Below are positions 15,238 to 24,747 of a DNA stretch of 36,177 bases, one piece after another; position 1 is the stretch's first letter, and the number at the start of each line of letters is the position of its first letter. Both the position numbers and the translations under genes were made by a program. The stretch covers positions 1-36,177 of IMG/VR virus record IMGVR_UViG_3300011427_000007; one strand, 5' to 3'. The notes beneath the pieces are model-generated. The model made no database searches. It saw nothing but the letters and a program-made list of their open reading frames with translations, and was not told where the DNA came from. Source of the DNA: a virus (Duplodnaviria; Caudoviricetes).

Positions 15238-17478
15238 ATGACCGAAATTATAAAATTATTTGAGCTAGAGATCGATGTTGAACGGGCGGTACAAGATACG
15301 CGCGCGACTAAGATCGCTATCGAGCAACTCAAAGAAGAATCTAAACGGCTTAAGGAAACAGAGGGTGAACTTTCAGATGCCTTTATTGAAAGTCAGGCAA
15401 GTCTTAAAGTGCTACAAAACGAATTAAGGCAAAACGAAAAGATCACACAAAACGTGATTCAGGCAAACGAAGCTAACACTGGATCGGTGGATCAGCTCCG
15501 TAAACAATTGGCTATTGTATCCGTGCAATGGGCTAAACTTTCTAAGGATGAAAGGGAAAATACTGATCTTGGTAAGAAATTAACAGCTCAGAAAACACAG
15601 CTAACTGAATCTTTAAAAAAAGAAGAACGTGCAACAGGTGACGCCCGGCGCAATGTTGGTAACTATAACGAAGCATTAAGTAAATCAATCGGGATCTTTG
15701 GTCAATTTGCGCCCGTTTTGAACGATGTATCAAGCGCGGCGGGCACAATGGGTAAAGCTTTCACCGCCGCTTTAGGGCCTATTGGCTTGGTTTTGGCTCT
15801 AATTGCTTTGGTTATTGCTGCTTTAAAAGCTTTCTTCACATCATCTGAAGAAGGTCAAAACGCCTGGACTAGATTTGCAGCCGTCGGATCAGCTGTGATC
15901 GACAAACTAACAGACGGCTTGGCTGCTTTTGGTAAAAGACTTTTAGAACCAAAAAAGATGCTAGACGAATTAAGAACACTTTTTGAGCTGACCTTTGGTA
16001 AAATATTAAAAGGCGTTTTAGAAAGCGCCAGGGCTTATGTTGACAAGTTCTTTTTGAATTTTAATCTAGGGTTTCAAAAGCTTAAAGGCCTGTTTACAGA
16101 TAACGCTAAAGGGATAGAAGAAACGCAGGCGCGGATCAATGCTGCTAATGTCAGATTGCAGGAAGGCAATAAACTAATTGTACAGGGCGTTACCAACACT
16201 AAGATCGCTTTTAACGCTGCAACAGGCGCAATTAAAGATTTCATAGATGAAACTAACAAAGCAGCTTTAGCGGCCCAGGGCCTGGCAGACAAACAAGCAA
16301 AACTAGATAAGCAGATACGTGGATCAATTGTAGCAAACGCGGCCGATCAGGAAAAAATTGCTAAGCTTAGAAATGATTTTGCCAAAAAGGATCAATTCAA
16401 CGATCAGCAAAGACTTACCATACTAGACCAAATATTTAAACTTGAAAAGGGTATTTTAGATCGCAACTTATCGATCGCCCAACAAAAGTACAATATAACA
16501 AAAGCGCAAAACGATCTATCTGATAAAACTAAAGAAGATCTAGACGAAGAGGCAAATCTATTAGCAGAGGTTTATAACGTCCGTAAAACAAATTTTGAGC
16601 GTACCAAAGAATTAGAAGCCCAGCGATCGGACTTGGTTTTGAAAATGAAAAACGAAGCTTTGCAGGCTGAAATAGCTTTAGCAAAAGCGGAGGTCGATCG
16701 ACGGCAAAAGGAAGCAGAACAAGATCTAGAAGCTTTAAACAATGCCATACAATTTGACAAAGAGCGGGATCTGGCCCAGGCGCAAATTGAAGAGCAAGCG
16801 GCGCAACGTCGTTTAGTGGAACGGGACGCCGAATTTGAAGCTACAAAGAAAAATGTTTTCAGGACACTTGCTTTAAAAGCTGAAGAACTTGAAATACAAA
16901 GACGCGCCGAAATAGATGCGGCAGAGCGGATCGGGGCGGACACGTTTTTTATTGAACAGAAATATGCAAATGCCACACTAGAATTAGAAAAAAGTAAAAC
17001 TGATGCAAAATTAGCTTTGGCGGAGGGCTTCGCAGGCAATTTGAAAACGATCTTTGGAGAGCAAACCGCGATAGGCAAAGCCGCCGCGATAGCTGAAACA
17101 ACTATAAACACCTACAGGGGGGCGACGGCCGCTTATTCTGCTTTAGCTGGGATCCCGGTGATCGGGCCTGCTTTAGGTATCGCCGCCGCCGCCGCCGCAA
17201 TTGCGGCCGGGCTAAGGAATGTTAAACAAATTTTAGCGGTTAAAAGCGGTTTGCCTGAAGGTGGAACGGGCACGCCGTCCGGTATAAGTTCAAACGCTCC
17301 GGGTGCAACCCAAACAAACGCCGCTTTCATTGCACCATCTGTTAATTCTGGGATCGTGTCACGTGAGACAGTTATAGGAAATAACGAAAATACTCAAGGT
17401 CAAAGTATCATAGTAGTTGACAGCGTGACGGCTGCGCAAATGAGACAAAAGAACAATTCGAAAACAGCTGTTATATAA
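15238..17478 (+). CDS. Tail tape measure protein
   Basis: Ala/Glu/Lys-rich helical protein; RRNVGNY; hydrophobic GPIGLVLALIALVIAAL; C-terminal GKAAAIAETTINTY...AYSALAGIPVIGPALG. Confidence 0.9.
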   Translation: MTEIIKLFELEIDVERAVQDTRATKIAIEQLKEESKRLKETEGELSDAFIESQASLKVLQNELRQNEKITQNVIQANEANTGSVDQLRKQLAIVSVQWAKLSKDERENTDLGKKLTAQKTQLTESLKKEERATGDARRNVGNYNEALSKSIGIFGQFAPVLNDVSSAAGTMGKAFTAALGPIGLVLALIALVIAALKAFFTSSEEGQNAWTRFAAVGSAVIDKLTDGLAAFGKRLLEPKKMLDELRTLFELTFGKILKGVLESARAYVDKFFLNFNLGFQKLKGLFTDNAKGIEETQARINAANVRLQEGNKLIVQGVTNTKIAFNAATGAIKDFIDETNKAALAAQGLADKQAKLDKQIRGSIVANAADQEKIAKLRNDFAKKDQFNDQQRLTILDQIFKLEKGILDRNLSIAQQKYNITKAQNDLSDKTKEDLDEEANLLAEVYNVRKTNFERTKELEAQRSDLVLKMKNEALQAEIALAKAEVDRRQKEAEQDLEALNNAIQFDKERDLAQAQIEEQAAQRRLVERDAEFEATKKNVFRTLALKAEELEIQRRAEIDAAERIGADTFFIEQKYANATLELEKSKTDAKLALAEGFAGNLKTIFGEQTAIGKAAAIAETTINTYRGATAAYSALAGIPVIGPALGIAAAAAAIAAGLRNVKQILAVKSGLPEGGTGTPSGISSNAPGATQTNAAFIAPSVNSGIVSRETVIGNNENTQGQSIIVVDSVTAAQMRQKNNSKTAVI

Positions 17479-17483
17479 TTAAT

Positions 17484-17515
17484 TTTGTTTTGATAAAATA
17501 AAAACATAATTTTGT
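17484..17515 (+). promoter_or_regulatory. Putative late promoter TTTG-N19-TAATTTTG
   Basis: TTTG at 17484-17487 and TAATTTTG at 17507-17514; ATG 6 nt downstream. Confidence 0.65.
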
Positions 17516-17520
17516 AGTAT

Positions 17521-18702
17521 ATGAATAGATTCATTGCCAAATATGTAGAAAACGGAATCCATAAGTCAGTCCATTTTGACAAAACCGTTTTTGATAAGGA
17601 GAAAGCAGAAGCCTGGTTAAAATCCAAAGGGATCCAAAACTTTTTTTTCTTCTTTGAACCCAAAGAGCCTGTCATGATTAGCGAAACGAAAGCGCTGTTA
17701 AGTGGTGACATTGGTTTTGATATCACTTTTAGCAATGTTGCAAAGTTCATTAACAACGGCGTTGAGATCATTCTTGACACAATGGGAGGTGACAGCTGGG
17801 AGGCTTTGAAAATTCATGATCACATAAAAGCCCTGGGCACAAATCCCTCAATTGGAGTAATGGGATCTTGCATGTCCGCCGGTATGCAAATACTTTTAAG
17901 TACTGAAAACAGGTGGATGACCGAAAATAGTCGTGGACTAATACATAACCCCTGGGCTGTGGTTGCCGGAGATGACGCCGCAATGGAGCTGGGCGCGGTA
18001 AGGCTTGAAAAGGAAAAATTACAAATTGCAAACATATATTCAAAAGTATCTGGAAAGCCCTTAAATGAGATCCTAGAACTTATGAAAAAAGAGATAGCTT
18101 TAAATGCAACTGAAATGTTGGGTTTGAAGTTTGTAAACGCCGTAAAAGGTGACAGTTTTAATAATTTAGTAACTAATCAAAATGATGAAACAATGAATGC
18201 AGAACATCAAAAGAAGTTAGGTACTATCGAAACATTAGTTAACAACTTATACAAAAAGTTGTTTCCACCAAAAAACATCTTGCTACAAGATGTCAACGGC
18301 GTGGAACTTGATTTTGGTAGTACTATCGAAACCCCCGAACAAATACAGGTCGGGACAACCGCAACCGTGGGCGGGCAACCTGCACAAGGTGAATACACAA
18401 TGCCAGACGGCGTTGTTTATGTATTCGAAGCGGGCGCTATTACTGAGATCAAGCCAGCAATGGCTATTGATGAAACCGCGCAATTGTCAACAGAGATCGT
18501 AGATCTTAAAAACAAATTGCAAAACGCTAACACTGAGATCACTTCTTTGAGATCTGAAAACGCAACTATCAAAAATGAATTTGTAAAAATTCAAAGTGCT
18601 TTCAATTCGTTTAAAAACGAATTTTCAACAGAGGCCCCGGATCATAATCCTTTGGTTGAGGGCGGGCAACCAGTAAAAAAATTCACTTATAAAAAGAAAT
18701 AG
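17521..18702 (+). CDS. ClpP-like head maturation protease fused to a scaffold-like region
   Basis: DTMGGD...GSCMSAG (catalytic Ser)...LIHNPW (His); GEYTMPDG and a coiled-coil C-terminus. Confidence 0.88.
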   Translation: MNRFIAKYVENGIHKSVHFDKTVFDKEKAEAWLKSKGIQNFFFFFEPKEPVMISETKALLSGDIGFDITFSNVAKFINNGVEIILDTMGGDSWEALKIHDHIKALGTNPSIGVMGSCMSAGMQILLSTENRWMTENSRGLIHNPWAVVAGDDAAMELGAVRLEKEKLQIANIYSKVSGKPLNEILELMKKEIALNATEMLGLKFVNAVKGDSFNNLVTNQNDETMNAEHQKKLGTIETLVNNLYKKLFPPKNILLQDVNGVELDFGSTIETPEQIQVGTTATVGGQPAQGEYTMPDGVVYVFEAGAITEIKPAMAIDETAQLSTEIVDLKNKLQNANTEITSLRSENATIKNEFVKIQSAFNSFKNEFSTEAPDHNPLVEGGQPVKKFTYKKK

Positions 18703-18704
18703 CA

Positions 18705-19790
18705 ATGACAGTAATCGTACCCATCGGGTTGACACTCAACCCTATTGAAGTTCAGGACCTTCAGGATTTTATCATTGAAAGAGTCTTTGAAAAACCTGTG
18801 TTTGAGGCGATCCACGGACGCTTTGAGACAGGCGTAAAGATGAAAGAACAGATTGTTTTTGCATCTCAATTTGGCAAAATGGGTTTGAAAAAAGCCGCTG
18901 CCTGCACACGTCAAACATCTGGAGCTGAAAGCACCTTAACTGAGAAGTTTTGGGAGCCTGTAGGAATTGAGGATACTTTGATCATATGCCAGGCAGAAAT
19001 AAACGGTTTATTCAAAGCTTACTACACCAAGATCCAGAACTACAAACAACTGTATGACATTACCGGATCTGATCTGGAAATTTTCTACGCTATTCTGGTA
19101 GAAGAAGCAATCACGTCTTTGGTTTGGCGTGCCGCTTGGTTTGGAGATACCGACGCAGTAACTTCAGGAGCCGCAACGCCGGGTTTAGTTGCCGTTGGTA
19201 ATGTTAAATTTTATAACTATTTCGATGGTCTTTGGAAGCAGATATTTACCGCTGTTACCGCAACCACTGTGAAGCGTGTTACAATTACTGAAAATGCTAC
19301 AGTTACATCTAAAGCCGCGCAATTAGCACTTGCCGCGGGAGCTGCAAAAGCTTACATTAGATCAGTTGTAGACTTGGCAGATAGTAGGTTGAGGGCTGAT
19401 CCAAACGGGATCATCATGGTGACACGTGAGCTGTTTGATAATTATAAACAAGGCCTTGAAGACGCCGGAGCCGCTTTTGATGTTATGCTAACTTTAGAAG
19501 GTCTGCCAAGTATCAAATACGACGGCCGGATTATTGTTAACATGGAAACAATTTGGGGGCTTGACGCTAGAGAGGACTTCGAAAATAACTCAACTGATAA
19601 CGTTTATTATTTGCCTCACAGGATTGTGTTTACTGTACCGAATAACATACCTTTGGCAACTTTAAACCAGGACGATCTAACCGAATTGGATCAGTGGTAT
19701 AATAAAGATGAACAGTTGAATAAAACCGCTTTTGGTTTTACTCTGGATGCGAAACTACTTGAGGAATACATGATCGTTGTAGCATATTAA
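18705..19790 (+). CDS. Major capsid protein
   Basis: 361 aa directly after the protease; WRAAWFGDT and FDGLWKQI motifs I recognise from Bacteroidota phage capsids. Confidence 0.8.
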   Translation: MTVIVPIGLTLNPIEVQDLQDFIIERVFEKPVFEAIHGRFETGVKMKEQIVFASQFGKMGLKKAAACTRQTSGAESTLTEKFWEPVGIEDTLIICQAEINGLFKAYYTKIQNYKQLYDITGSDLEIFYAILVEEAITSLVWRAAWFGDTDAVTSGAATPGLVAVGNVKFYNYFDGLWKQIFTAVTATTVKRVTITENATVTSKAAQLALAAGAAKAYIRSVVDLADSRLRADPNGIIMVTRELFDNYKQGLEDAGAAFDVMLTLEGLPSIKYDGRIIVNMETIWGLDAREDFENNSTDNVYYLPHRIVFTVPNNIPLATLNQDDLTELDQWYNKDEQLNKTAFGFTLDAKLLEEYMIVVAY

Positions 19791-19792
19791 TT

Positions 19793-20362
19793 ATGGGATG
19801 CGAGATAGGAATTAGCAAAAATATCACTTCGGATTGCACTACGCAACCAGTTGCCGGTGTAGAAGTGAAAGCATGGGTTGGAAATAGGTTGGAAGCGGCG
19901 TTTACCTACGACGTGACCAATGTATCCAAGATCGTGGACATTCAAATGGCAACCGGTAAAAAGCTTTACGTTTTAACGGGCGTTAAAAAGCTTTTAAACC
20001 CAGGATCGTCTCTCATTTTAGCCCCTGATCGGGCTGACAGATACCAGCATAAATTTAATTTCCAGGGCTTTGAATTCAAAACCGCGGACGTTGAAAATAT
20101 AAGCGCACTTGACGATCTTTTCGTAGTTGTACAAATGATTGACAAAGTAGCCGGCGGCGATGGTACTTTTAGGGCTTTCGGTGTTAAGAACGGCTTGTAT
20201 AAAACTGCTTTGAATTGGACTGCTAACGACATCGACGGTGCTATCGCCGTTGAAATGGCAAGTCAGGACGGAGCCGCTGAAGCTTACCCATGGTTTACCG
20301 TTTTATTAACAAATTATGCTTTAACGTTGGCAATGCTTGAAAGTCAGGAAGTTGTACAATAA
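19793..20362 (+). CDS. Putative major tail (tube) protein
   Basis: 189 aa; N-terminal C....I..DC...P.AG; follows the capsid gene. Confidence 0.6.
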   Translation: MGCEIGISKNITSDCTTQPVAGVEVKAWVGNRLEAAFTYDVTNVSKIVDIQMATGKKLYVLTGVKKLLNPGSSLILAPDRADRYQHKFNFQGFEFKTADVENISALDDLFVVVQMIDKVAGGDGTFRAFGVKNGLYKTALNWTANDIDGAIAVEMASQDGAAEAYPWFTVLLTNYALTLAMLESQEVVQ

Positions 20363-20985
20363 TGCTAGATAAGTTAAATACTATATTAAATATGAATGTC
20401 GATCAGGTAATAGCCTCTCGGCATTCTTTAGATCTACTTAGAATATACTCCACATTCTATTTACAGGGAGGGGCCCCCCGAATTTGTAGGGCCTCACAAG
20501 TTAGGTATTATAATCAAATCAAAATCGACGAAAAAATGATAAAAGAAATTTTGCAAAGAACCTGCGTAACTAAGTTTAAAGGACTTATGTACATACCAGG
20601 CGTTTTTGATAAGGACGGCAAATTGATCGCCGGCCATGTTCACATATTTGGTGAAACTTTAAGCGACTCCGAAGCAGCGGAGTATCTGAAAATCGGAGTT
20701 TTAAAGGAATCTGATTTTGAGGTTTTGCCACAAACCAAGGATGAAACCAAGGATGAAACCAAGGATGAAACCAAGGATGAAACCAAGGATGAAACCAAGG
20801 ATGAAACCAAGGATGAAACCAAGGATGAAACCAAGGATGAAACTGATTTATGCGCAATTATGTTACGTGATAATTTTAGCGAAATGCAAAAAGCCGTTAA
20901 AAAATTAGGTCTAAACAAAGCAAATCAAACTAAGCAAGATCTTAGAGAAATTCTGTTCAAAGAAGTTAATAACGACTTACTATAA
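20362..20985 (+). CDS. Hypothetical protein with a (TKDE)9 linker and a C-terminal Rho-N/HeH-like helical motif
   Basis: Repeat seen directly; C-terminal NFSEMQKAVKKLGL...TKQDLREIL. Confidence 0.7.
   Translation: MLDKLNTILNMNVDQVIASRHSLDLLRIYSTFYLQGGAPRICRASQVRYYNQIKIDEKMIKEILQRTCVTKFKGLMYIPGVFDKDGKLIAGHVHIFGETLSDSEAAEYLKIGVLKESDFEVLPQTKDETKDETKDETKDETKDETKDETKDETKDETKDETDLCAIMLRDNFSEMQKAVKKLGLNKANQTKQDLREILFKEVNNDLL
20732..20843. repeat. Perfect 12-bp tandem repeat (AAACCAAGGATG) x9
   Basis: Read directly from the sequence. Confidence 0.97.
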
Positions 20986-20986
20986 A

Positions 20987-22411
20987 ATGGCAGGCCAAAA
21001 ATTAATAAACAGCGAAATAGATAGCCGCGTAGTTATCCGACCTAGCAAAACCATTAAAAGGGTTGATGACGGGGTTAATGGGATTATGTTCTTCGGCGAA
21101 AATAATGACTACCCGCAAATGATGGAAAAAATCATAAACGGATCTGTCACTGCCAAAGCGTGCTCAAATGTTTATTCTAAATTTTTGGCGGGCGCTGGTT
21201 TTGAAGCCCCTATAAATGAGATTGTAGTTGGTAAGGATGTGAGGGGTAAAGAGATAACAATCCAAAAGCTATTAAGATTTGTAACAAGTTCCATCTCTAA
21301 ACATTCCGGGGCCTATATCCAATGCAACTATACAAGAGAGGGCAAGATCGCGAATGTGCATGTAAAACCGTTTAAAAATTGCCGTTTTGCCTTAACGGAT
21401 GACGTTAACTACACGGCTAAGATCTTAATTTATGACAATTGGGCCAAAGACAAAGAAAACGGCAAAAAATATGATCCTAAATTAATAAAGGATTTTAACG
21501 TTTTCAACCCGAATTTGCAAGTTATACAGAGCCAAATAAAAAAAGCGGGCGATCTCAAAAAATATAAAGGTCAGATATATTTCTTATTTACCGATGACGA
21601 ATTCTTATACCCTCTGTCAATGTTTGATGAATCGTACCTTGATTGTGATACTGAAGCGCAACTTGGTTTATTTAGGAATAGACAAACGCGAAACGGTTTT
21701 TTTAAGAAAACTATTTTGCGTATTCAGGAAAGTTTAAGCGAAGGCAAGAAAAAAGAATTAGCAGATAGCGCCCGGCGTTCTTTGGGCGTTGACGGCGATG
21801 GGCTTTGGATTATTGAAGATGAATTAAACGAAAATGGTGAATTTTCAGATCGCCAGGGTTTTGCGTTTGATCAATTAGATAGCGCTTTGGATGATGACAA
21901 GTTTAGAGAGTGGGATCCCAAAATTGCAAACAATATTAGAAAGTCGGCAAAGGGTATGCCGGCCATACTTATTGACTATGAAGAAAATAAGTTGAGTACC
22001 CCTTCGGCGGAGGCCATGGTCCAGGCAACTAATTATTTCAACGCTATTACTAAAGATGATCGAAAAGAGATTTCGGAGGCTTTCAAAGAAATTTTTACTA
22101 ATTTCATCAATCCAACATTGGCCGAAAACACCAATTGGAATATAAAACCTTTGGCGATGGTTGAACAAAAGCAAGGGGAGCAGGTAGATCAAGCAGAGCT
22201 AGAGCGGATCAAATCGCAAGCCCTGCTAAAAGGATCCGTCGGCGGGGTTACTGCGTTGTTAGATTTACAAAAGGCTGTTACCACAGGCGCGGCAGACGTT
22301 GAGGCGGCGGTGGAAATAGTTAAAGAGATATACGGGATACCTGAAGATAAGGCCCGTAAAATGATTGGAACACCAAAAATAATTGAAAATGGCGGCTCTG
22401 TTAACCCTTAG
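20987..22411 (+). CDS. Portal protein
   Basis: 474 aa; FGENNDYPQ...S.TAKAC N-terminal motif and YPLS.FD, as I recall for Bacteroidota phage portals. Confidence 0.75.
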   Translation: MAGQKLINSEIDSRVVIRPSKTIKRVDDGVNGIMFFGENNDYPQMMEKIINGSVTAKACSNVYSKFLAGAGFEAPINEIVVGKDVRGKEITIQKLLRFVTSSISKHSGAYIQCNYTREGKIANVHVKPFKNCRFALTDDVNYTAKILIYDNWAKDKENGKKYDPKLIKDFNVFNPNLQVIQSQIKKAGDLKKYKGQIYFLFTDDEFLYPLSMFDESYLDCDTEAQLGLFRNRQTRNGFFKKTILRIQESLSEGKKKELADSARRSLGVDGDGLWIIEDELNENGEFSDRQGFAFDQLDSALDDDKFREWDPKIANNIRKSAKGMPAILIDYEENKLSTPSAEAMVQATNYFNAITKDDRKEISEAFKEIFTNFINPTLAENTNWNIKPLAMVEQKQGEQVDQAELERIKSQALLKGSVGGVTALLDLQKAVTTGAADVEAAVEIVKEIYGIPEDKARKMIGTPKIIENGGSVNP

Positions 22412-22937
22412 TGAACAAAATACAATCAAAGCAATAAGCCCGAATTGGGCAAACGCTGTTAAAATAACAGGCGGGGTTAAAAATTTTGATCAGCTGCAAA
22501 AAGAGGTTGAGAACGGTAAGTATAAAAAACTTATTGGATCGGCTTTTTTACTCGACATACAGACAAACCCAACGGCAACCGATAACGTGGCTTTGTTAAA
22601 TGGATCTACCTTCTCAGATTGCCACAATCAAAAGGTAAAGTTCGAAGGTATCAAATACCAATTGGCTTTTATGAATTATGCTAAGTATGTGGGTATTTCT
22701 GACCAAGCGGACACTTTTACAGGAATGGTAAGACAAAACAGAACTGAGACCAGTCCACTAAGTGAGGGCGCGGTTAAAAGAGAGCAAAGGGACGCCGAAG
22801 AAATAGCGCAAAGCGATTTTGATTTAATGGTGCAATTCATTATTAAGAATAGTTCTAAATACCCTTTGTTTCATTGTAATAATAAGCAATCTGTTTTTGT
22901 GCCAAAGTTGACAACTATACGAAAAACTTATAGATAA
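22389..22937 (+). CDS. Putative head-tail adaptor protein
   Basis: Follows the portal gene; LLNG.TF...FEGIKYQLA...YAKY...TFTG pattern. Confidence 0.6.
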   Translation: MAALLTLSEQNTIKAISPNWANAVKITGGVKNFDQLQKEVENGKYKKLIGSAFLLDIQTNPTATDNVALLNGSTFSDCHNQKVKFEGIKYQLAFMNYAKYVGISDQADTFTGMVRQNRTETSPLSEGAVKREQRDAEEIAQSDFDLMVQFIIKNSSKYPLFHCNNKQSVFVPKLTTIRKTYR

Positions 22938-24730
22938 TGCCAAAAGAATTATTTAGCCAGCCTTTAATTACAACGCCGTCGAAGCCCGACGCCTCACAGC
23001 GTTTAGCTTTTGGATCTCCGGGCGTTGCCGGTGGTATAAACATACGTTGGGACTATTTCGAACAAATAGTTAAAGGATATTTGACCGCTAACGTTTTGGC
23101 TAATTTGGGCGTCGGGTTGTTTGTAGATCGTCCCGACATTTCAACCACAAATCCAGGTGACATTTATGTAACTTCGGACACTTTCAGGATATACACTGCA
23201 ATAGATATTACAACTTGGTACGATCAGCCGTTGTTAAATAGTCAAATGGTTACGGACACGTCCCTAGATCCCGCTATAATCTACCAATACGATGGGGTTG
23301 AGTTGCTTAAATTGGTTGACCAATCGCAACAGTTCGAAGGCGCGATCGTGTATTATCTGGATCACAATGCCGGCGACATAGCAACATATGAAGAACTTTT
23401 GAGGGTGCCTGTTACGATTGTAGAACAAATTGAAACGATTAATATAAATGCTAATACCGTGTTGTTTGATGCTTATGCAACGCCGATCGGGCAGCCGGGT
23501 GCAACGTCGATCCCAGCTGGGCTTTGGATTATGCATGCACACGTGCAATTTAGCTCGGTTACCGGACAAAATATTGTGCATTGGGACATGTACAAAAGAG
23601 CTTCAGGGGGTGCTGAAACATTTCTGTTTACAATGTCGAGCCCCGACGTAACTACAACTGATCTAATAGAGCACCAGGTGGAAGCCGTGCAAGCCGCGAT
23701 CACTTTGCTTGGTACCGATAGGCTTGTTTTGAAGGTCTCTGCCCAAACAACCGGCGGGGCTAAAACTGCAACATTGCACTACTCAGGAATCGATAATTTT
23801 GCTTTTGTTCAAACACCTTTGTTGGCTTCTAGTGTCGTATCTCACAACAATACAACAGGTAAGGAACTGGCTGGGGCTGGTGTAACCTGGGGGCATGTTA
23901 ACGATCAGACTCAAACTATCGCCGGGGCTAAAACATTTTCGGGAGACTTGGCATTAAGTACCCGGTTAATGCTCCCAAATACAACCGCAACCGGTTTAGG
24001 GGTTATATACAAGGCGGGTAACTTTTTCCTACATAATTATAAGCACCCTACAGGATTAACAGCTGTACCAGATGGAAAAAATATTTTCTTTGGTGAAAAT
24101 GCCGGTAATTTCACAATGGGGCAAACGGCAAACAATGCGTTTGAAGCTTCTTATAATTCTGTAGTTGGGGGATCTGCCTTTGTGAATAACACGAAGGGGT
24201 ATGAAAATTCGGTACATGGATTTTCGGCAATGCAAGGAAATACGCTTGGTTATCAAAACGCTGCCTTTGGAAACCTTTCTTTATACACGAATTCCACAGG
24301 ATATCAAAATTCCTGCTTTGGATTTATGGCTGGTTTTTACAACATAACAGGCTATCAAAATATATTCATAGGCAGAAATTCAGGAAACTATCTAGCAAAT
24401 GGCATTACGCATCATGAAAACGGTAACAACTCTATATTTATTGGAGATAGTTGCCGGGCAAATGCAGACAGCGAAACAAATCAAATAATAATAGGCTCCG
24501 GAGCTATAGGAAACGGATCTAATACGGTTACTGTCGGGAATACCAGCATTATTAAGACAGTGCTACGTGGTAACGTGGGCGTTGGGACTGTATCACCAAC
24601 TTCAGGGCTACAAGTTGCTGGGTTGCCAACATATGCAAGCAACGCCGCGGCTTTATCTGGAGGTTTAACGGTGGGGGCTTTTTATCTTAATTCTACTTAT
24701 CCTGACCTGGTCGCAATAGTTCACGCTTAA
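22937..24730 (+). CDS. Tail fibre / receptor-binding protein
   Basis: QTIAGAKTFSG motif, about 14-aa 'N..G..NS..G..A' beta-solenoid repeats, and GNVGVGTVSP. Confidence 0.8.
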   Translation: MPKELFSQPLITTPSKPDASQRLAFGSPGVAGGINIRWDYFEQIVKGYLTANVLANLGVGLFVDRPDISTTNPGDIYVTSDTFRIYTAIDITTWYDQPLLNSQMVTDTSLDPAIIYQYDGVELLKLVDQSQQFEGAIVYYLDHNAGDIATYEELLRVPVTIVEQIETININANTVLFDAYATPIGQPGATSIPAGLWIMHAHVQFSSVTGQNIVHWDMYKRASGGAETFLFTMSSPDVTTTDLIEHQVEAVQAAITLLGTDRLVLKVSAQTTGGAKTATLHYSGIDNFAFVQTPLLASSVVSHNNTTGKELAGAGVTWGHVNDQTQTIAGAKTFSGDLALSTRLMLPNTTATGLGVIYKAGNFFLHNYKHPTGLTAVPDGKNIFFGENAGNFTMGQTANNAFEASYNSVVGGSAFVNNTKGYENSVHGFSAMQGNTLGYQNAAFGNLSLYTNSTGYQNSCFGFMAGFYNITGYQNIFIGRNSGNYLANGITHHENGNNSIFIGDSCRANADSETNQIIIGSGAIGNGSNTVTVGNTSIIKTVLRGNVGVGTVSPTSGLQVAGLPTYASNAAALSGGLTVGAFYLNSTYPDLVAIVHA

Positions 24731-24743
24731 AAAAAAAAAAAAA
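24729..24743. repeat. A15 homopolymer
   Basis: Read directly from the sequence. Confidence 0.95.
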
Positions 24744-24747
24744 TCGA

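Noticed and set aside
16572-17111. Long antisense ORFs (also 1440-1805, 28786-29139, 32788-33177, 35596-35982)
   Set aside because: Shadows of well-supported genes on the opposite strand, with no motifs or expression signals.
17641-17655. T8 run (FFFFF) in the protease gene as a frameshift site
   Set aside because: The reading frame is intact and I saw no convincing alternative-frame product.
20732-20843. CRISPR array
   Set aside because: Contiguous 12-bp tandem units without spacers, inside a CDS.
20585-20918. Alternative-frame repeat ORFs (FHPW)n, (SSLV)n and (MKPR)n
   Set aside because: By-products of a stop-free 12-bp repeat.
22937-24730. Diversity-generating retroelement or invertible fibre cassette
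   Set aside because: No reverse transcriptase, recombinase or TR/VR-like duplicated segment seen.
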